From a virus, in the IMG/VR virus record IMGVR_UViG_3300032315_000470, positions 7,657-71,656 of that record: a stretch of DNA of 64,000 nt; one strand, given 5' to 3'. Below, piece after piece: positions 57,232 through 64,000 of the stretch. A program made the position numbers and the translations under genes. How positions within the stretch are numbered: the first letter of the stretch is position 1; every line of letters begins with the position of its first letter. The notes beneath the pieces were generated by a model, which saw only the letters and a program-made list of their open reading frames with translations, was not told the DNA's origin and searched no databases.

Positions 57232-58792
57232 ATGTTGAAATTTGAAGGAACTGCTACTGTTGGTGATATTATCAGAGCGTATGATTTCCGTCCAATGGCC
57301 GGTAGAGATGATTGTTTCATCGAGGGCGTGGTCGAGCAGGCCAATTGTAATGAACCTGGTTTTAATTGTTTTAAGGTTACGGTGACTGCCGATAAGTTTA
57401 AAAAATACGAAACTAAACCTAATCCTCGTAATCGTGTAGGACAAATTGTATTTGTTCCACACCAAACCAGTTTTATGGAATTTGATTTTCGTGTAATTAA
57501 TTTAAGTAAGTGAGTGGACATTAATGAGTAGAAAAATCGATCATTTTATTGCAGAGTTAATTGCCGAAGATATGGCAGATATCAGTAAAATGAAAAAGAC
57601 TGAATTAAAAGGTTTAGTGCGGGAGCTTTTAGAGAATAACTACCGTGAATTGACCAATGAAACGATTGTTGAATTATATGAAAAGAATTTTAATACCGTT
57701 GGGTTATAATTAAGGAATAGTATGAAATTAGATTATAAACAAAAAGAAGATATTATGAAATTGGTGTTCGCCAAGTGGCAATCACCAGCAGGTTTTCAGT
57801 CAACCTACAAAGGTGTACCAATGGACAATTATGAAGGTATCAAGCAGTTTATTGATTTTACCAAGTATTATGTAATGTTCCGTGGTCCTCGACCTGAACC
57901 TGGTTTCAAAGGTTCTACTCGTAAGCGTAATGCCAAGGCATTTGATGTGTATATGAGAAGTGCTCGTGATACCAGTAGGTTGCGTATTGAGAATGAAGCA
58001 TTTCGGCGTGGTGTTAATTGGGCAAATAATAGGAGTCATTAATGGACAATAATCATTTAGAAAGCTTGAGTGTGGATGAATTGCAGAGTTATCTGTCCGA
58101 TTTCCATAAAGATTATTATGGTTTCCGTCCTCGCCATTACAGTAATGAGGATTGGAACAATAAACAATTCTTAATTGGTTGTATTGATAGTATCCATGAT
58201 GATATGGACAATATGAAGAAAACACCAGAAGGCCGTGAACAGTTGCGTGCTGAAGGTTGGGTAATTGACGAAAGTGAGTTTGTATGACAAATAATGAATT
58301 GATTGAAAAGTTAAACAAGGCACAATCATTGCTTTCTGATGTATACCATTGGGCAGATGCCAAAGGTGCTGGTGAATTGAAGGTAAATGCTCATGTTGCA
58401 TCTTTAATGAGTTGCGCTGATGATTGTATTAATGAAACGGTAGATTATTTAACAGGTGTGAATGATGAATAGTGTATATGTGGTGAGTTCTACTTACCAA
58501 AATGAATTTGAGATGAATCCTAGCGTATTGATTTTGCGTGCCTTTACTGACCGTGAGAAAGCTGAATTATGGATTGATTCTGAAATTAAACGAGATCCGG
58601 GATTTAATGAGGATTATGATGGTTATGAAATTCAAGAGGTTACAGTATATGAATAAATGGGATTTTGTGATTAAAGAATTAAAATCACTTCAAAAAGGTT
58701 TTGAGGACCATCAGGCAATCACAGAATTGTTTGTGGAACAAAAGCTGTTGTATGGTTATAAAATTGTTGATAGAATGGTGCATGAAGGATAA
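57232..58792 (+). CDS. Run of small early hypothetical ORFs (57232-57513, 57524-57709, 57722-58042, 58042-58287, 58284-58472, 58462-58656 and next)
   Basis: RBSs and tight packing behind TGTATAAT near 57197. Confidence 0.55.
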
Positions 58793-58854
58793 ATAGGTAT
58801 AGGCCACGGGATTGCCGTCCCTGCCTATTCTAACACTATAACGGAGTGCCAGCA

Positions 58855-59505
58855 ATGTCTATTTATTCTATCTATAAAGCAACCAACATAATCAATGGTA
58901 AATCTTATATTGGTTTCACTAGTAAAGAATTATCCGTAAGAATTAAACAGCACCAACAATTAAGACATGATAATAGGTTTCATAATGCCATACGAAAGCA
59001 TGGTTGGAATAATTTTGAATGGGAATGTATATACCAATCAAAAGATGGAGTCTATACTTTAAACGAAATGGAACCCTATTTCATTATTGAATATAATAGT
59101 TACAAAAATGGTTATAATGGTACTAGAGGTGGTGATGGTGCTTTTGGTCGTAAGCATACCGAAGAAACTAAACGGAAAATAAGTGAAGCAAGTAAAAGAA
59201 ATTCCTATTCAAAAGGACGAGTATTATCCGAAGAAACTAAACGGAAAATGTCCGAAGCAAAGAAGGGTAAGGTATTTTCTGAAGAACATAAAAGGAAAAT
59301 ATCTGTAACAAATAAGGGTAAAGTATTATCTGAAGAAACTAAAAGTAAACAGTCTGAAGCAAAGAAGGGTAAAGTATTATCCGAAGAAACTAAAAGGAAA
59401 ATATCTGTAACAAATAAGGGTAGGGTATTATCTGAAGAAACTAAACGGAAAATGTCAGAAGCAAAAAAGTGGAAATGTAAATTTGATATGGAGAAATTAA
59501 TATGA
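58855..59505 (+). CDS. GIY-YIG homing endonuclease with NUMOD3 repeats
   Basis: SIYKATN...SYIGFT, GYN.T.GG.G; about six 17-aa repeats of the type [17 protein letters not shown]. Confidence 0.92.
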   Translation: MSIYSIYKATNIINGKSYIGFTSKELSVRIKQHQQLRHDNRFHNAIRKHGWNNFEWECIYQSKDGVYTLNEMEPYFIIEYNSYKNGYNGTRGGDGAFGRKHTEETKRKISEASKRNSYSKGRVLSEETKRKMSEAKKGKVFSEEHKRKISVTNKGKVLSEETKSKQSEAKKGKVLSEETKRKISVTNKGRVLSEETKRKMSEAKKWKCKFDMEKLI

Positions 59506-61062
59506 TGCAAGCAGGAACTTGGTATATCGGAGATTTGTGCTATGTAATGCACGATGAATGGGACGAAGTGTGCTCATTGATGTTTGCTGGCCGTGATGAC
59601 CATGGATGCAATCAAGGTGAATTCAATCTATCGGATGGTCGTAGGTTTGCTGTGTATAATACCGCATATGGTGATGGCACCTACGAAGATCAGAATGGCC
59701 GTAGTTATGGTGTAGATTCTGGTTCGATTGGTTGTATTCTATTGAGTGATATTGATGTAAACCATCCAGATAATTTTGTTGGTGATGGCCAAACAATTAC
59801 ATTCAATCAGGATTTTTATACTGGTTACCAAGATGGAAAGATTATGTTCCATAATGTAAGTATTGATACCGATCCACAATATGAATTTGAAGAAGAAGAT
59901 GAGTATTAATAAAATACGAAGCACACAACCAGCCAAAGGCGTAAAAGGCTTTATTATACGAGTTCTTGATAGTTATGTGTTTCGTGTATATAATGAGGAC
60001 TTTACTTTTGTTGATTATGATATTTTACACTATGATTTAGAAATACAAATTTTAGAAAAAGATGCCATGTTGTATCGTAGTGAGTTTGGCAATTACCTTG
60101 ATTATCCACCAATTGATGAAAGTAAGTAAATGACAATTAGATATTCAACCAATTGGATGGGTGTAGCCAGTATGCAATGGTATAGAGACCGTGGCCTTAT
60201 CAAAAGAGTTACTAAAACATTAACAGAAGATTCTACATTAACTGGCAGAAAAGCTGGGGAATCATTTGAGTATGATGAGGTGATCCAAGGTTATTCGTGT
60301 GGTCGTATTGATTGCCGTGGTGATGACCTTGGTCCTTTTGGTGCTGAGCTCGGTGTTGATCCTATGAAAGATGAATCGTGGGCTCGATTTGGTAAATGGT
60401 TGAATACATTTGAAACTGATTTTGTGTGGACATTGGATCAATTGGTTGAATTGTATGAAAGAGCAAATCCAAAAATAGAATGGTGGGTAGAGAAATGATT
60501 TGTGAATTTTGTAACACTAAATTGGTAACTTTCAAATATGTTGGTTACTATGATACCATTTATGGATGGAAATGTGCTTGTGAAGAATTACCTAAACAGG
60601 AAGATTCAAAGGCAATTACCGGTTCATGGGCATATGGCCATGATTGGGAAGATGAGGAAGAAGATGAGTATATCAGCATATAAAGAAGTAACAGAATGGG
60701 ACAATTCAGAGTTCGTGGTGCCTAATCATACATACTTATTTGATGGTAAGTCCAATATTCTGGCATATGCCAAGGCGAGCAATAATGAGCTGGTGATAAT
60801 GAATAAACCAATGAAGATTGATACCCGTAGGCGTAAGTTTGAGAAGGTCAAACACAAAGCACTGGATGCGTATGGTGCTACCATCGTGTTGGCACCTCCG
60901 CCTGTTGCAAACAATATTAATATATTCATGGTCAAGTCAGATTCAGGCAAAGAATATACAGTAGAAAAGATTGATAATAAGTATACTTGTAACTGTATTG
61001 GATTTTCATACAGAGGATCCTGTAAGCATACTAAACAAATTAAAGAGTCACAAGAAAAATGA
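59502..61062 (+). CDS. Hypothetical ORFs (59502-59909, about 59899-60129, 60130-60498, about 60496-60683 Cys-rich, 60664-61062 SWIM-type zinc finger)
   Basis: ORF track; last ORF has YTV...CNC.GF..R..CKH. Confidence 0.6.
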
Positions 61063-64000
61063 ACACAAATAAACTAACTGGTTTGTTGGAAACAAACAAT
61101 AAAGCAACCCTCGCAAAACGAAAGAAATACATGACAAGAAATAAAATTTTTATTGCAGTTCTACTCACCTTCTCGGCTGCTGCATCTACTGACATATACG
61201 GTAGTGACATTATCAATAACGAACTCCGGCTAACAATGACTAACAATGAGAATATTGGTCAACTGGTTAACAACGGACCTCTTGGTGATATAGAATTTCT
61301 GACCAACTCCGGCACCATTGGTACTTTAAACAATAGTGGCGGAATATGGCGAACTCAAAATGAGGGCACCATTGGTACTTTAGACAATACTGGCCAAATA
61401 GGACAACCCGGCGACCGTGGCCGAGAGGAAAACACATTCTACAACCAAGGTCAGATTAATACCATTAACAACTCTGGCATTATTGCTGCCATAGACAACA
61501 CCGGCAGCATTGATACTATAACCAACCATGCCGACCGTGCAAGCACACAGGAATTTTGGGCCTTGTTCAACACCGAGGGTCGTGTTGACACAATTAACAA
61601 CTTAGGTTATTTTGATAAACTAGAAAACTACAGCACCATTGGTACAATAAACAACTCCGGTTATAACGACTCCATTAAGAATTGGGGTAACATTGATACA
61701 ATAACCAACTCGGGTACCATTGATACAATAACCAACTCCGGCAATATCTTGCAGACCGACAACTCGGGCACTATTAATGAAATGACCAACTCCGGTTATA
61801 ACGACACTATTACGAACTCGGGTACTATTTACACATTACGCAATGAATCCACCGGTGGAATTGCCACAATCAACAACACCAACTCCGGCACCATTGACAC
61901 ACTAAACAACTTTGGCACCATTGTCACAATAAACAACTCCGGTGTTATTAATACATTAAACCTAGCCGATGCCAGCATAATTGGACAGATCAGCAATAGT
62001 GGTATTATTACCACACTAAACAATAGTAGCTTTACGACTGTAAATTTAAATGGAGCATTGCCTACTAATTACAATGTGTTAATTAATGGAGACCGATACG
62101 GTGTATTGGTGGTTACCAACGCCAATGGCCAGATGGCTTTTGGTGTGCTGACACAATCATCATTGACACCAGGAAAAACATACATCGCCATTTTGCAAGG
62201 TGTTACTGCCGAACAAATCCAGTCAGAATACTACGGCACGATCCGTGGGGTTTCTTGGGAATTAAGACAACAGGACGGTACCGCTGACAAATGGGACTTG
62301 GTTGCATCTGCTGAACCTGAACCCGAAGGTTCTACTCCTCCACCTGTAGGTCCAAGGCCGCCACCTGTAGCAGCTGCTACACCTACTATTACGCCTATCA
62401 CCATCTTTGATGGTACCGTTACCAATAATTCTTATAATTCGTATACCAACGATCAGTATGTTGATCAACTGGTCAACGGACCTGTTGGTGAAATGGAGGA
62501 GGTGATCAACACCGGCATGATTGGCACCTTAAGCAATAGTGGCTTAATCTATGAAGTTCAAAATGATGGTAACATTGGTACTATAAACAATAGCAGTAGT
62601 GGCCACGTGCACGGAGTTTTTAACCGGAACCAGATTGATACCATTAACAACTCCGGCAAGATTGGTGAGTTAAACAACAACGGCAACATTGGTACTGTGA
62701 CCAACAATGCAGGTGCGGAAATCAGGGACCTTAAAAATCATGCAGGCAATATTGACACAATTAACAACTTAGGTAAAATTGAGTCCATAGAAAGTAACAG
62801 CAACATTACCGAATTAAACAATACCGGCCGGATAGATAGCATTGACAACCTCGGCAATATTACTAATTTAAACAACTCCGGCAGCATGGGCACAGTAACC
62901 AACTCAGGAGGCATCAACGTTGTGACCAATGCTGTTGGCCAACAAATCAATGTTAGATTGGAAAACTCCGGTAATGTCAACCTTATTGACAACTACGGCA
63001 ATTTTGCTGAGTTAAAAAACACCGGTGAAGTAGGGAATGTTAACAACTTAGGTAGTATTCCTTCCATAAAAAACTACGGCACCATTGGCACAATAACCAA
63101 CTCCAAACTGATCAACGATATGAAAAATTATGTTGGTGGTCAAATTGGTGCGTTGACCAATTCCGATAAGGTCAACCTTTTTGAGAACTTCGGCGACATT
63201 GGTGGCATTCGGAACGAATCTGGTGGACAGATCGTTGGAATAAGAAACTCAGGACAAATAGGATCCGGCCCCCAATACGGGGAATTGTACAATGCCGGAA
63301 CAATTGCACAGATAAACAATACCGGCAATATACTGCGTATTGACAACTGGAGCACTATCACTAATTTAACCAACACCGGTCAAATAGAGAAAATTGACAA
63401 CCAAGGTTTTTTTAATGTCATAAACAACTCTGGCACCATTAACTTATTAAACCTAAACGATGCAAGCACCATTGGCAGCCAGATCAGCAATAGTGGTATT
63501 ATTACCACACTAAACAATAGTAGCTTTGCAAACGTAAAGTTCAATAGAGTATTGCCAACCAATTACAACGTATTGATCAACGGAGAACGATATGGTGTAT
63601 TGGTGGTTACCAACGCTAGTGGTCAAATGGCTTTTGGTGTATTGGCACAATCATCATTGACACCAGGGAGAACATATGTTGCTATTTTGCAAGGTGTCAG
63701 CGGTACTCAAATCAATACTATGTCAGGTACGACCAATGGCATCGATTGGGAATTAAGACAACAAGGTGGTTCTCCTAGAAGATGGGACTTGGTTGCATCT
63801 ACACCTGCACCTACACCAGCACCTGTAGAGCCAACACCTACTCCTGCACCTGTAGTACCTACACCGGCACCTGTAGAACCAACACCTACTCCTGCACCTG
63901 TAGTACCTACACCGGCACCTACTCCTGCACCTGTAGTACCTACACCGGCTCCTACTCCTGCACCTGTAGAACCAACACCGGTACCTACACCAACACCGGT
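61059..64000 (+). CDS. Large exported beta-helix (autotransporter passenger-like) protein, 3'-truncated by window edge
   Basis: Frame read as open from ATG 61059/61131 to the end; signal peptide MTRNKIFIAVLLTFSAAAS; many N-S-G-T-I repeats; duplicated capping domain; Pro-rich linkers. Confidence 0.8.
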   Translation, partial: MNTNKLTGLLETNNKATLAKRKKYMTRNKIFIAVLLTFSAAASTDIYGSDIINNELRLTMTNNENIGQLVNNGPLGDIEFLTNSGTIGTLNNSGGIWRTQNEGTIGTLDNTGQIGQPGDRGREENTFYNQGQINTINNSGIIAAIDNTGSIDTITNHADRASTQEFWALFNTEGRVDTINNLGYFDKLENYSTIGTINNSGYNDSIKNWGNIDTITNSGTIDTITNSGNILQTDNSGTINEMTNSGYNDTITNSGTIYTLRNESTGGIATINNTNSGTIDTLNNFGTIVTINNSGVINTLNLADASIIGQISNSGIITTLNNSSFTTVNLNGALPTNYNVLINGDRYGVLVVTNANGQMAFGVLTQSSLTPGKTYIAILQGVTAEQIQSEYYGTIRGVSWELRQQDGTADKWDLVASAEPEPEGSTPPPVGPRPPPVAAATPTITPITIFDGTVTNNSYNSYTNDQYVDQLVNGPVGEMEEVINTGMIGTLSNSGLIYEVQNDGNIGTINNSSSGHVHGVFNRNQIDTINNSGKIGELNNNGNIGTVTNNAGAEIRDLKNHAGNIDTINNLGKIESIESNSNITELNNTGRIDSIDNLGNITNLNNSGSMGTVTNSGGINVVTNAVGQQINVRLENSGNVNLIDNYGNFAELKNTGEVGNVNNLGSIPSIKNYGTIGTITNSKLINDMKNYVGGQIGALTNSDKVNLFENFGDIGGIRNESGGQIVGIRNSGQIGSGPQYGELYNAGTIAQINNTGNILRIDNWSTITNLTNTGQIEKIDNQGFFNVINNSGTINLLNLNDASTIGSQISNSGIITTLNNSSFANVKFNRVLPTNYNVLINGERYGVLVVTNASGQMAFGVLAQSSLTPGRTYVAILQGVSGTQINTMSGTTNGIDWELRQQGGSPRRWDLVASTPAPTPAPVEPTPTPAPVVPTPAPVEPTPTPAPVVPTPAPTPAPVVPTPAPTPAPVEPTPVPTPTP
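63801..64000 (+). repeat. Pro/Thr/Ala/Val-rich coding tandem repeats (TPAPVEP/TPAPVVP)
   Basis: Repeated CCTACTCCTGCACCTGTAG units. Confidence 0.9.

Noticed and set aside
61829-63562. Minus-strand hydrophobic ORFs
   Set aside because: Antisense shadows of the repetitive + strand beta-helix gene.
61900-63800. Diversity-generating retroelement TR/VR pair
   Set aside because: Both copies are in-frame parts of one protein, differences are not adenine-specific, and no reverse transcriptase is present.
1-64000. Alternative genetic code or stop-codon recoding
   Set aside because: Core genes are full length in the standard code, all three stops are used as terminators, and no suppressor tRNA was seen.

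Overview
A 64 kb, AT-rich segment of a T4-like (Tevenvirinae/Kyanoviridae-style) myophage genome with essentially all genes on the + strand. The host is probably an aquatic Gram-negative bacterium, inferred from the spanins, GH19 endolysin and autotransporter-like gene. In order, the window holds: (1) the replication/recombination core (gp46, gp45, gp44, gp62, regA, gp43, uvsX, gp41) with peptide deformylase, hsp20, GroES, dCMP deaminase and two DUF4338/DruA (Mom-like) paralogs; (2) seven canonical tRNAs plus one non-canonical tRNA-Gly-like cloverleaf; (3) a glycosyl/methyltransferase cassette; (4) a late cluster of apparently capsid-targeted proteins, including a His-rich ligase-like protein and a nucleotidyltransferase-kinase; (5) a lysis cassette, primase, ThyX, NrdAB and RNase H; (6) an early region of small ORFs behind sigma70-like promoters; (7) a large autotransporter-like beta-helix gene, absent from the ORF track, that runs off the right end. 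The strongest leads are a possible tRNA-Gly-dependent DNA modification system, the capsid-targeted enzyme pair, a ROSE-like thermometer on hsp20, an overprinted gene and the autotransporter-like protein. All calls come from reading motifs by eye; no database searches were run.
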